A stretch of DNA of 64,000 nt, from positions 186,001 to 250,000 of IMG/VR virus record IMGVR_UViG_3300031951_000003, one strand, 5' to 3'. The notes under the pieces were generated by a model. That model was not told the DNA's origin. It saw only the letters and a program-made list of their open reading frames with translations, and made no database searches. Position 1 is the first letter of the stretch, and each line of letters begins with the position of its first letter. The position numbers and the translations under genes were made by a program. Below are positions 55,358-63,917 of the stretch, one piece after another.

Positions 55358-55785
55358 CATACTTTTGTCCAGGTCATTTCAAAAACCTCATATTCGAGTG
55401 GTGTTCCATAATAGGCAATATCCAAATTGAAATAAGATTTGAGGTCCTTATATACTTCCCTCTTGGCAAGTAAAGACCAATTCCTATCCTTCTTTTGTTT
55501 GCTGAAGTCAAAGTAAAATTTGATGTTTGGTCTTTGAATGGAGAAACCTTCATTTCCATAATGAGTTCCTTTCTCCCCAATCTCAATCTTCACCAACTCA
55601 TCCCCAAACTTAACTTTAAAAAATTCTATAATCTTTGGAAGTATACGTTCGATACGAACTTTGTAGTCCTTAATAAATTGAATTCTCTCCTCTTTTGAAA
55701 GTTCATGAAACTTCTCCACCCAATCAGGTGTGTCTGATGTCAAAACAATTGCCTCCCTTAATATTTTTTTGATGAGTTCTCTCAT
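55357..55785 (-). CDS. Leader-F protein
   Basis: MRELIKKILREA; ATAAATA at about 55790. Confidence 0.6.
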   Translation of the reverse strand: MRELIKKILREAIVLTSDTPDWVEKFHELSKEERIQFIKDYKVRIERILPKIIEFFKVKFGDELVKIEIGEKGTHYGNEGFSIQRPNIKFYFDFSKQKKDRNWSLLAKREVYKDLKSYFNLDIAYYGTPLEYEVFEMTWTKV

Positions 55786-56037
55786 GATTATAAATACAAA
55801 ACAAAATAAAAAACCCCTCCTGATTGGAGAGGTTTGAAATTAATTGGATGGTTTGTCTGATTCGATTTTATTAACAACGTCTTTGAGGTGTCTTAGTAAA
55901 AGCTCGTGGTCATAATCGTTTTTCTCACCATAAACTTTCAATTGCCCTGAGACGTAGTCTAAAGAAAAAATCGCATCTTTTACTTCTTGTTTTGTCATAG
56001 TTTAAAATTATAAAAAATTATTTCAAATAAACCAAAT

Positions 56038-56065
56038 AAAAAAACCCCTCCTTATTGGAGGGGTT
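56038..56065 (-). terminator. Intrinsic terminator
   Basis: aaaaaacccctccttattggaggggtt; similar copy at 55807-55835. Confidence 0.75.
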
Positions 56066-56069
56066 CTTA

Positions 56070-56819
56070 TTACATTGCTCGAAGGATTGCTTCAGTCTCA
56101 CCATCCCACTTTTTGATTTGGGATTTAGGAACCCAAAAAGTCAATTCACCAATTTCTTCCACCCGACGAAGATAATCTTGACGGAATCTTTCTGCTTCTG
56201 AAGCGTCCTTGATATATTCCACACCCATATGACCCGCACAAATCTTACCGAGACCAGTCAACATAGAGAACTCATCTGTGAGAGTCTTCATGCAACATGT
56301 ACAAACCTTACCACGCTTGATAGTCAACTTACCTGTGAACTGTACCGCCTTTGGTGACACCGCCTTCACACGAGTGATGTCGATAAGGATGGGGTTAAAC
56401 TGAAGACCGTAGGTCTCTTTGAGTTCCATACCCTTTTTACGACCAAGTTTAATGGTCTCACCTTCGGTAGGCCAGTTCATACGAATGGTCTTCTCCTTAT
56501 CTTCTTCCTTCTGAATCTGAGCCACAGCGGCTGAGATTTGCTTTGAGGTAAGTGTACCCCACTTCTGAAATTTGGAGGCGATGTCCTTTACGAAAGGGTT
56601 CTCGCCCTTGTAGTCAACGATACGCTTCACATCCTCAGGAAGCTCTTCCTTGTTGATAACCTTAACTTCAGAGTTAAGAGCCTTCTCGGTGGCTTCGAGT
56701 TGCTTTGGGGTTAAACCTCCCCACTTCTTGAGAGCGTCTTTCATGTTGAGGATGAAACGGTTTTGACCTTGGTAGTTACGAACTTTGTCTTGAACTGAAA
56801 CTTGGGTTGTGGTAGTCAT
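56070..56819 (-). CDS. Early protein with C-terminal DUF6011-like Cys motif
   Basis: CTCCMKTLTDEFSMLTGLGKIC; two LT.KQ repeats; start moved to 56819. Confidence 0.6.
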   Translation of the reverse strand: MTTTTQVSVQDKVRNYQGQNRFILNMKDALKKWGGLTPKQLEATEKALNSEVKVINKEELPEDVKRIVDYKGENPFVKDIASKFQKWGTLTSKQISAAVAQIQKEEDKEKTIRMNWPTEGETIKLGRKKGMELKETYGLQFNPILIDITRVKAVSPKAVQFTGKLTIKRGKVCTCCMKTLTDEFSMLTGLGKICAGHMGVEYIKDASEAERFRQDYLRRVEEIGELTFWVPKSQIKKWDGETEAILRAM

Positions 56820-56840
56820 GGTGGATGTGTTTTGTGAATA

Positions 56841-56871
56841 CAAAGATAATCATTTCACACAATTCACCAAA
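56841..56871 (-). promoter_or_regulatory. Bacteroidota sigma-A promoter
   Basis: TTTG-N19-TATCTTTG. Confidence 0.8.
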
Positions 56872-56872
56872 A

Positions 56873-57859
56873 TTATTTTTTTAAAAAACCAAGTTCATAT
56901 ACTAATGGTCTCATTCTATCTTCCAAGTTCTTATATAACTGACGAAACTCTTTGAACTCTTCTTGGAAATATTCTTTCCACACAAGTTTAAGTTGAGCAT
57001 ACCCTGCATCCCAAGAGTTGAGATGATTTTCATCGTTTGCCATAACTTGACGAAGTTCCATAGACCTTTCAACAAGTTCTGTTGCTTTATCTAATACTGC
57101 TTTTGCATCAGGAGAAAGTTTGTCGTAGATTCTTTCTTCACCAAATAGAATTTTGTGAACATAACGGTCTGAAGATGTCCTTGCGTCGTTGTAAAGTTCA
57201 TCATATCCGTTTTGGTCCGCAAGTTCTTTCATCTTGTCTAAGGACATCCAAAAGAATTCGTTTTTTATATCCCATAATTGGTCTTTGTATTCAACTTGAC
57301 GAAGAGAAGATTGATTTGATTTAGACTCGAATAAAGAATAAACAACAGAATCATACTTGAATTGATTGAACAATTCATGTTGTTCATTTGGAGCGAGATA
57401 TTCGTCCTTTTCGTTTTTCCAATCTGCAGTAATCATTCTTCGAACTGAAAATAATAATAAAGACTCTATAAAATTTTTTTGAGTAACTGAAAATCCATGA
57501 CCAACACTACAGGTGCTTGTAAACAAAGCGACATCTTCCATGCTCTTTCCTACATTGTTGGCGGTAGAAAGTAAATAACCAAAACTATTAGGTAATAGTG
57601 AACCATACCCTTTTTGTTTCACTTTCAGAGATGAAGAAAGTTGAGGAGCATCTTTCGCCCCTTTTATTTGACCTTTCGCATAATCTTTTAGTGACTTGAG
57701 TTGGTCTGTATTATAAACAAATTTGGTTGATTTATTTTCTATTTGAAAATCTTTATTTAATTCAAGTAAATCGTATGTAAACATTTTGTTTTTTTTGTAA
57801 AGATAGGACTTATTTTTTATTTGAGAAAATTGAAAATGAAAGTGCCCAAGAAGACACAT
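56873..57859 (-). CDS. C-terminal part (specificity region) of a split type IIG-like restriction-modification enzyme
   Basis: Frame open across the stop of 57810..59294; first in-frame ATG at 57784; SLFESKSNQSSLR...WDIKNEFFW. Confidence 0.6.
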   Translation of the reverse strand: MCLLGHFHFQFSQIKNKSYLYKKNKMFTYDLLELNKDFQIENKSTKFVYNTDQLKSLKDYAKGQIKGAKDAPQLSSSLKVKQKGYGSLLPNSFGYLLSTANNVGKSMEDVALFTSTCSVGHGFSVTQKNFIESLLLFSVRRMITADWKNEKDEYLAPNEQHELFNQFKYDSVVYSLFESKSNQSSLRQVEYKDQLWDIKNEFFWMSLDKMKELADQNGYDELYNDARTSSDRYVHKILFGEERIYDKLSPDAKAVLDKATELVERSMELRQVMANDENHLNSWDAGYAQLKLVWKEYFQEEFKEFRQLYKNLEDRMRPLVYELGFLKK

Positions 57860-59294
57860 CCGCGAAGTTGGATGAATCCATTATGTAACCTCCTGAAAAT
57901 GAATATTCACCAAAAAAAAGTTTTCTAAATGTTTCGGAAGATGGTCCTGAAATCCATGTTAATGGAGAGAATATTGCAATATTCGTTTTGAACTCTTTTT
58001 GAATTCTATATATGAATTGAAGGTAGAGTTGTTGAGCCGAATTTCCCATTTTTTCTTTAACCATGATTTCATTTATCTTAGTTTTACTTGCACCCGCCCT
58101 ATCATGTCCCTCTTCTTTATAAGATGTTTTTTTCGAACCCGTGGTGTAGGGTGGATTCATCAATACAATAATCTCCTTACCTCCCTCAATCGCATTTCTC
58201 AAACCAATAGGGAGTTTCTCATAATCATCATTCAAGAAGTCATATTGAAACTTAACCGCTTCAGGGTTATATCCCATTTGATTTGCAGTATCAATATCTG
58301 CCTGAATTAAAGTTGAACAATAAAGTTCTTTGAACTTATAATCACGGGTAAGATTCCCCGTCCCCCAAGCAGGGTCCCAAACAATATATTTTTCTTTCCA
58401 ATCTTCACCGAACACTGATGTGATATATTCGTGGGCTTTGTCTACCCAAATTGAAGGTGTGAAGAACTCACCTTGTTTACGACGAACAGTATCTTCAACA
58501 ATGCGGTCAACAACAGCGGCTAACTTATGTTTCTGAGATGGCGTATAAGAAGACGAAAAGTGTCCGAAGAATGATTCGAAGGCTTCACGAGATACTACAG
58601 GAACCTCACCTAACGCCTTTGAAACAACTGTCTTTCTTTTCTTGACAGGGTGAAGATAGTTGTCGTCCTTGTTCACCAAAATTTGAACAAATAGATTCGC
58701 TCTTTCATTGGTAGTGAACTTATTTTTTACAAGAACTTTTTCATCAAAATAACGGAATACCTCTGTAATGTTTTTGTCCGTAACGAGAACTTTTCTTTGA
58801 ACATTATCAGTGAGGTCTTTAACCTTTTGAATACACTCAGGAAAATGATGAGAATCATAGACGAATGGTTTGATTGATTCGTCCTTCATCATGGTTAATA
58901 CTAAATCAGTAATTGAATGAGCAGATGAGGGTGGAACACTCCAATCCAAATCCATTTCTAAATACTTAATGATATCATTGACATGTAATGTTAAGCACTC
59001 GTTTCTATCCCCGATGAAAATTGTAGATGGAGGAACAATTCCTTTATCGTAGAAACGCTTTACATAGAAAACAGATTGAGCAAGAACTTTTACAAGTTCA
59101 GATTTGTTTGACAAATTCAAATCATCTTTGAACTCCATAAGAGTTCTGACCTTGTGAGATTTGGAAACTCCGAATCCATCGCATCCAAAAGGAGATGTGA
59201 TTTCCATATCCTTGAATTTCTTTTTGAATTCGTGTCGGTAGGAATTTTCAACATCTTTTTCATTGAGGGCTATTGCCAAACTTTTGGACATCAT
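57810..59294 (-). CDS. N-terminal part of a type IIG-like enzyme: PD-(D/E)xK nuclease + N6-adenine methyltransferase
   Basis: CDGF...LMEFK...LAQSVFY; GEFFTP; VWDPAWGTGNL; NPPY. Confidence 0.82.
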   Translation of the reverse strand: MMSKSLAIALNEKDVENSYRHEFKKKFKDMEITSPFGCDGFGVSKSHKVRTLMEFKDDLNLSNKSELVKVLAQSVFYVKRFYDKGIVPPSTIFIGDRNECLTLHVNDIIKYLEMDLDWSVPPSSAHSITDLVLTMMKDESIKPFVYDSHHFPECIQKVKDLTDNVQRKVLVTDKNITEVFRYFDEKVLVKNKFTTNERANLFVQILVNKDDNYLHPVKKRKTVVSKALGEVPVVSREAFESFFGHFSSSYTPSQKHKLAAVVDRIVEDTVRRKQGEFFTPSIWVDKAHEYITSVFGEDWKEKYIVWDPAWGTGNLTRDYKFKELYCSTLIQADIDTANQMGYNPEAVKFQYDFLNDDYEKLPIGLRNAIEGGKEIIVLMNPPYTTGSKKTSYKEEGHDRAGASKTKINEIMVKEKMGNSAQQLYLQFIYRIQKEFKTNIAIFSPLTWISGPSSETFRKLFFGEYSFSGGYIMDSSNFADVSSWALSFSIFSNKK

Positions 59295-59311
59295 ATCTAT
59301 AAATATTTGTG

Positions 59312-59343
59312 CAAATATAAGACACAAACCCTATTATGCCAAA
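59312..59343 (-). promoter_or_regulatory. Bacteroidota sigma-A promoter (followed by a TATTTAT motif)
   Basis: TTTG-N20-TATATTTG, then TATTTATAGATATG. Confidence 0.7.
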
Positions 59344-60599
59344 AGTTTTTTTCCTGCTCTTTCTCTATGAAACTTTATTGCAAACCTGTGAACCTCTTCT
59401 TGAATAACTCCGAGAACGGACCAATCCATTGGATGTTGTTTACCATCAGTTGTATGAACGGTCTGTGACCTGTGTTTTTGGTCTTTCGAAATTGATATCA
59501 AATCAATCCTGTTGGTAAGTCCAAGAGACTCAAATACCTTCTTTGCAACGTTTAATTGACCAATTCCCCCATCAATTAGAACAAGGTCAGGTAGTTGACC
59601 CTTTTCATCCAAGAGTCTCTTAAAACGTCTGTAAACCACTTCCTCGAATGACAGACAATCATTACCATTGTTTGACTCCTCACGAATGATATACTTACGG
59701 TATTCACTCTTGAGAGGTTTGTTATTCACATATCTTACAGAGGCCGCAACATTTGAGTCACCCTGATTGTGTGAGTTGTCAAACGCCTCGATAATCAAAG
59801 GAAGATTTTTAAGACCCAAAACCTTTTTTATACCAAAGGCAATCTTGTTATATTTCCTTACACGGATGGGTTCGAGTTTCTCTTCAAGTTTTTTGATTTG
59901 ATTAACCCTGTTGAGGTAGTTGTCCGCCTTTTCGAACTCCAAGTTCTTGGCAAACTCATGCATTTTTCCTGTGAGAAACACCTTTAACATCTTATAATCA
60001 AGTTCGAATATCTTTCGAACAATTAATTGATACTTCAGATATTCAAGGTTCGATTCCAAGGCAATGCAGGGTGCGTTACAACGACCAATATGATACTCAA
60101 GACATGGTTTGAATTTACCTGCCCCGATGTTTTCTTGATTCAAAGTATAGGAACAAGTTCTAAGTGGAAGGATGTCGTTGATAAGTTCCATAACTTCATA
60201 CGCCCTTTGACCTGAGGTGAAGTTGATTCCACAGGTGTCCTCACCTTTCCCATGAGTTATTTGAAGTTTGGAGTATGGTCCACCAGTCAAAGACAAATGC
60301 CAAGTTCTTGACTTATCATCTTTACCTTTGATGTTGAACTTGGGTTTGTAAATTTTGATGAGTTCTTCCTCCATGATGAGAGCCTCAGCCTCAGATGAAG
60401 CAATCTGATACTCAACGTCACGTATTTGTTCAACAAGGGTCCTTGTCTTCTTGTCATCGTGTTTCTTATTGAAATAAGACGCAACACGTTTGGGAAGGAA
60501 CTTGGACATCCCCACATATATTACCTGGTCTTTGCCATCTTTGTAGATGTAACAACCAGGGTATTTGGGAGCTGATTTTATTTTTTCTTTGATGTCCAT
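59334..60599 (-). CDS. uvrC: UvrC-like excinuclease lacking the C-terminal HhH domain
   Basis: PGCYIYKD...IYVG; CLEYHIGRCNAPC; IEAFDNSH; PDLVLIDGG; EVHRFAI; start moved to MDIKEK. Confidence 0.88.
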   Translation of the reverse strand: MDIKEKIKSAPKYPGCYIYKDGKDQVIYVGMSKFLPKRVASYFNKKHDDKKTRTLVEQIRDVEYQIASSEAEALIMEEELIKIYKPKFNIKGKDDKSRTWHLSLTGGPYSKLQITHGKGEDTCGINFTSGQRAYEVMELINDILPLRTCSYTLNQENIGAGKFKPCLEYHIGRCNAPCIALESNLEYLKYQLIVRKIFELDYKMLKVFLTGKMHEFAKNLEFEKADNYLNRVNQIKKLEEKLEPIRVRKYNKIAFGIKKVLGLKNLPLIIEAFDNSHNQGDSNVAASVRYVNNKPLKSEYRKYIIREESNNGNDCLSFEEVVYRRFKRLLDEKGQLPDLVLIDGGIGQLNVAKKVFESLGLTNRIDLISISKDQKHRSQTVHTTDGKQHPMDWSVLGVIQEEVHRFAIKFHRERAGKKLLA

Positions 60600-60808
60600 T
60601 CTTTTCTGTGTTTGTAAAACCAATAGGAGTGAATGATGATAACGCACGAATTTACAACAATTGTCGGACCTGCCGAAATTCCGAATCCATAAACTAACCA
60701 AAAAATTGCGCCAACCGTGTTGACCGCTCTAAGACGGAAAACGTCCTCAATTAGGAATGAACCTAAAATGAGGACGCTCCCGATATATCCATATATTTCC
60801 CACATCAT
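60578..60808 (-). CDS. Small inner-membrane protein (YgjV-like)
   Basis: Three TM segments; RLRAVNTVGAIFWLVYG. Confidence 0.6.
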   Translation of the reverse strand: MMWEIYGYIGSVLILGSFLIEDVFRLRAVNTVGAIFWLVYGFGISAGPTIVVNSCVIIIHSYWFYKHRKEWTSKKK

Positions 60809-61260
60809 TTCGCGAATGCTTTATCTGCCCAAGTCTTTGCTCCAACCAATGTCCACAAGTTCATATCACACATGTCAGGGAAACAAGTTCTCATGGTTCC
60901 AACGGTGATTACCTTTAAGAAACCAAGGTCGATTGAATACCACTTACCACCTTTTGTAGTGTAAACGTTCATCCACTGACCGTATTCGTTCTTAACTTGA
61001 ATGTTGACCAAAGAATTCTTGCCATATCCACGGATTACATCAACAGTTCCTTTGGTGTCGTGGATGTTGATAAACCCAGCTTTGCATTTGCCTGCGATGC
61101 GGAATTCATATTCTTTGTTGATATCTTTCAGGTGGTTTGAAACTGAAACGTCGAGAGATTTACCTTTAACGAAAGTTCTGAATGAACCGTAAAAAACGTC
61201 AGAAGAATAGGCGTTGTTGGTGTTGATGTTTACTGCGGGAAGGGTAGTGGTTTGTGTCAT
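60805..61260 (-). CDS. Hypothetical early protein
   Basis: Start moved to 61260; sigma-A promoter upstream. Confidence 0.6.
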   Translation of the reverse strand: MTQTTTLPAVNINTNNAYSSDVFYGSFRTFVKGKSLDVSVSNHLKDINKEYEFRIAGKCKAGFINIHDTKGTVDVIRGYGKNSLVNIQVKNEYGQWMNVYTTKGGKWYSIDLGFLKVITVGTMRTCFPDMCDMNLWTLVGAKTWADKAFAK

Positions 61261-61279
61261 ATTGTTGTGTTTTGTTACA

Positions 61280-61311
61280 CAAAGATAGGGAACCACAATT
61301 TACCAGCCAAA
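61280..61311 (-). promoter_or_regulatory. Bacteroidota sigma-A promoter
   Basis: TTTG-N20-TATCTTTG. Confidence 0.8.
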
Positions 61312-61317
61312 TATATT

Positions 61318-61740
61318 TTAAACTTTATCACAAATGTGTGGTTGGAAACAAGCTTGTCCCCCACCTTCCACATATCCAATTCTTTCATTTATATTTGTTG
61401 AACGAAGGTATGGTGATTCTTGTCCACAGATTACACATCTGTCTTTCTCATCCATCTTTGGGTCTCCTTGGAGAACACATCCCAAATGGTCATATCCTAC
61501 AAGATAATCATATTCAACTTCAGAAGTATCTTTACCACAGATTGAACAAGTCCAAGGTCGAATGATTTTCTTTACACTTCCATCAGGAGCAATTTCCATC
61601 ATGAAATGTTCATCATCTTGAGGAGGACCCTCAAGGTTTCTTCTTTCTTGCCAGTATTTGTTTCTTGCAAGACCACCAAGTTCGAAGTCGTTAGGTGTGT
61701 TTAGGATTTCTTCTGCTGTTAGTGTTACAGTGATTCCCAT
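61318..61740 (-). CDS. Hypothetical protein with two CxxC motifs
   Basis: CSICG, CVICG. Confidence 0.55.
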   Translation of the reverse strand: MGITVTLTAEEILNTPNDFELGGLARNKYWQERRNLEGPPQDDEHFMMEIAPDGSVKKIIRPWTCSICGKDTSEVEYDYLVGYDHLGCVLQGDPKMDEKDRCVICGQESPYLRSTNINERIGYVEGGGQACFQPHICDKV

Positions 61741-61800
61741 ATGATTTGTTTTTTAAAAACTAAAGGAAAATATTCAAAAGACAAATCTATTTATATTAAT

Positions 61801-62214
61801 ATGGAAAAATTTTCTAAAGAATGGAAATATAGATACAAAGAAACGCTTACGGAAAAGTTCAAGTATCTTTTCCTAAGTGAAATGCACAAACACTTTGAGT
61901 TGATAAACCTCCAAGTGACAGACATTTCATATAATGGTGATGTAATGGAGGGAATGGATGTTGATGTCGAAATTGATTATCAGGGCGCTTGTGACGGAGA
62001 CGCACACAGTGTTGGACATATGTTATCAATAATCTCAAACCAAGTGCATGAATTTTTTTTCAAACACCAAATCGACCCAGTAACCTTTAAGTTTAAAGGA
62101 GGTGATGTTGATGGTTTAATTATTAATGACCCTATGATATTAGAATTCCATTACAAATTAGATGAACTACATAAAGTTCTTTTATACATAACGATGAACT
62201 ATGACCAACAGTAA
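61801..62214 (+). CDS. Hypothetical protein
   Basis: Start moved to 61801 below sense TATTTAT. Confidence 0.55.
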   Translation: MEKFSKEWKYRYKETLTEKFKYLFLSEMHKHFELINLQVTDISYNGDVMEGMDVDVEIDYQGACDGDAHSVGHMLSIISNQVHEFFFKHQIDPVTFKFKGGDVDGLIINDPMILEFHYKLDELHKVLLYITMNYDQQ

Positions 62215-63058
62215 GATTTATAGATTAGCCAAAAGGATGTTTAGTGACTTTACTAAACCACCTCAGACTCCAAATGATGTTTACAACACATTGACGGGAG
62301 AAAAAAACTATTGGGATTACTTTAAGTATATGGGTCCTGACAACTTCATTAAATTATGTATTGCCACTTGGGGTGTTTCACAAAACATACCCCAAGAACA
62401 AATAGAAGAATGGTATGATAAAGTCTTTTTTGCAACAGTCTTTTCAACGGAAGACGAAACCTACTACGATGAATGTGGTATGTGTGATGGAGGAGGACAT
62501 GTACGATGTGATAACTGTAATGGAATAGGTGATTTGGAATGTGATGAGTGTGAGGGTGACCTTGAAGTCACTTGTCATTTTTGTGATGGTGATGGTAAAA
62601 TAGATGGAGATGACGGACCTGAGGACTGTGATGAGTGCGAAGGTAAAGGACAAAGGGAGTGTGACGAATGTAATGGAACAGGTAAGGTTACATGTCACAT
62701 ATGTGGTGGTGATGGGGATGTATATTGTGATGATTGTAATGGTGATGGAAATCTCGAAACCGATGAAAAACTATTTGACATTCAATTTATAGTTTGTTGG
62801 AATAGAAACCTTTACGACTTATTCGAAATCAAAGAGGAAGAATTTGAAGAAGTTATACCAACAGATAGATTCTATAATAGTAAATCTATAATTATACTCG
62901 GAGAAGTGACACAAGAACACGCTGAACTTTCTGATGAAGTAACCCCAGACCAAATATATTGTTTGGGACTTTATAATCAACTTCCAAATGTTAGATTTGA
63001 ACCGAGAAAACCTAAATTCTTCACAACACCAAGTTGGGACATAAGCCATCTCCAATAA
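62201..63058 (+). CDS. Protein with eight DnaJ-type CxxCxGxG zinc-finger repeats, no J-domain
   Basis: CGMC, CDNC, CDEC, CHFC, CDEC, CDEC, CHIC, CDDC. Confidence 0.75.
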   Translation: MTNSKIYRLAKRMFSDFTKPPQTPNDVYNTLTGEKNYWDYFKYMGPDNFIKLCIATWGVSQNIPQEQIEEWYDKVFFATVFSTEDETYYDECGMCDGGGHVRCDNCNGIGDLECDECEGDLEVTCHFCDGDGKIDGDDGPEDCDECEGKGQRECDECNGTGKVTCHICGGDGDVYCDDCNGDGNLETDEKLFDIQFIVCWNRNLYDLFEIKEEEFEEVIPTDRFYNSKSIIILGEVTQEHAELSDEVTPDQIYCLGLYNQLPNVRFEPRKPKFFTTPSWDISHLQ

Positions 63059-63068
63059 TTTATATAGA

Positions 63069-63548
63069 ATGGATGTAAAATATTTTTTAAAGGTATTAGA
63101 AAAAGAGGGTTATCCAAATCCTGACATTCAATCTATTGCCAAGATGGTTGGATACAACTTAGATTATTTTCTCCTTGGTATAAGAGACAGAGTTGGTGAG
63201 GAAGGTGTAATCGATTTTTGTGAAAAAGCAATAAATAAATTGCAAGGTGAAGATGGAGTCAGGGTTGACTTGGGTGGAGACGAATATTGTTACATAAAAA
63301 TATTTCCACAATACTACGACGAGAGGGAATCGGAAAATGATGTGATTGCTAAAAGTAGTTGGGGCGATTCAAACATATTGAGTTCAGACCCAGAAACAGG
63401 TGATGAGAGCTACTTTACAATTCAAGTAGTAATCGACAATACAGACATGGGTGGTTGGAGTGACTTGGACGAGTTATTGGACCACATCAAAGAACAAGCC
63501 TACAACATAGTATTCCAAAACTGTGGTTTCGGTGTTTGGTGGGAATAA
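63069..63548 (+). CDS. Acidic hypothetical protein
   Basis: ORF track. Confidence 0.55.
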   Translation: MDVKYFLKVLEKEGYPNPDIQSIAKMVGYNLDYFLLGIRDRVGEEGVIDFCEKAINKLQGEDGVRVDLGGDEYCYIKIFPQYYDERESENDVIAKSSWGDSNILSSDPETGDESYFTIQVVIDNTDMGGWSDLDELLDHIKEQAYNIVFQNCGFGVWWE

Positions 63549-63575
63549 AAAAAAAAGGGGAGACCGAAGTCTCCC
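63547..63575 (-). terminator. Terminator with UUCG loop between convergent genes
   Basis: Minus strand GGGAGAC-TTCG-GTCTCCC followed by a T10 tract. Confidence 0.8.
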
Positions 63576-63617
63576 AATAGGGGCTGAACGGTTTTGCCAG
63601 CCACTCCACCACCAAGT

Positions 63618-63917
63618 TTAACGAACTTGGAAACCTTTTGGAAATAATGTGTTGGCTAAAGAGGTAAGAGCCTCAGAACTTAAATATCCAACAACATCAT
63701 CGTTAGCTTCAGGTAAGTAATATTTTGTCACGAAATCACCAGTCTCACTGTCCATAATTGCAATTTCGAAATCATCTTTGAAATCACCATACAACCCTTG
63801 AGCACCCCCAACAATTGAGAGTCCAATTTTTCCATCAGTCATATATGTCTGACGTGCACCCTCAACCATATTTCTATGGGGTTTGGAGTGTTCTATAATA
63901 TTTTCAATCGTTATCAT
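63618..63917 (-). CDS. Hypothetical protein
   Basis: LSIVGG...LYG...FEIA...DVVGYL. Confidence 0.55.
   Translation of the reverse strand: MITIENIIEHSKPHRNMVEGARQTYMTDGKIGLSIVGGAQGLYGDFKDDFEIAIMDSETGDFVTKYYLPEANDDVVGYLSSEALTSLANTLFPKGFQVR

Noticed and set aside
852-55800. T4 gp55 late promoters TATAAATA on the + strand
   Set aside because: They are antisense to the adjacent genes and flip with gene orientation, so the functional sense motif is TATTTAT.
891-61800. Longest-ORF start codons in the track (e.g. 1856, 5275, 17047, 31246, 33623, 39221, 54791, 60701, 61741)
   Set aside because: The extensions run through promoter or terminator DNA or upstream genes. Internal ATGs align with leaders, TATTTAT or domain starts.
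4844-62792. Shadow ORFs in the track (e.g. 4844, 11916, 13821, 17507, 26751, 36727, 50016, 53195, 57999, 59154, 62604)
   Set aside because: They are antisense or alternate-frame overlaps of better-supported genes, with no motifs, promoter or leader.
63558-63636. ncRNA at the end of the window (several short hairpins)
   Set aside because: Explained by a UUCG terminator plus a hairpin overlapping the stop codon of 63618; there is no second copy or covariation.
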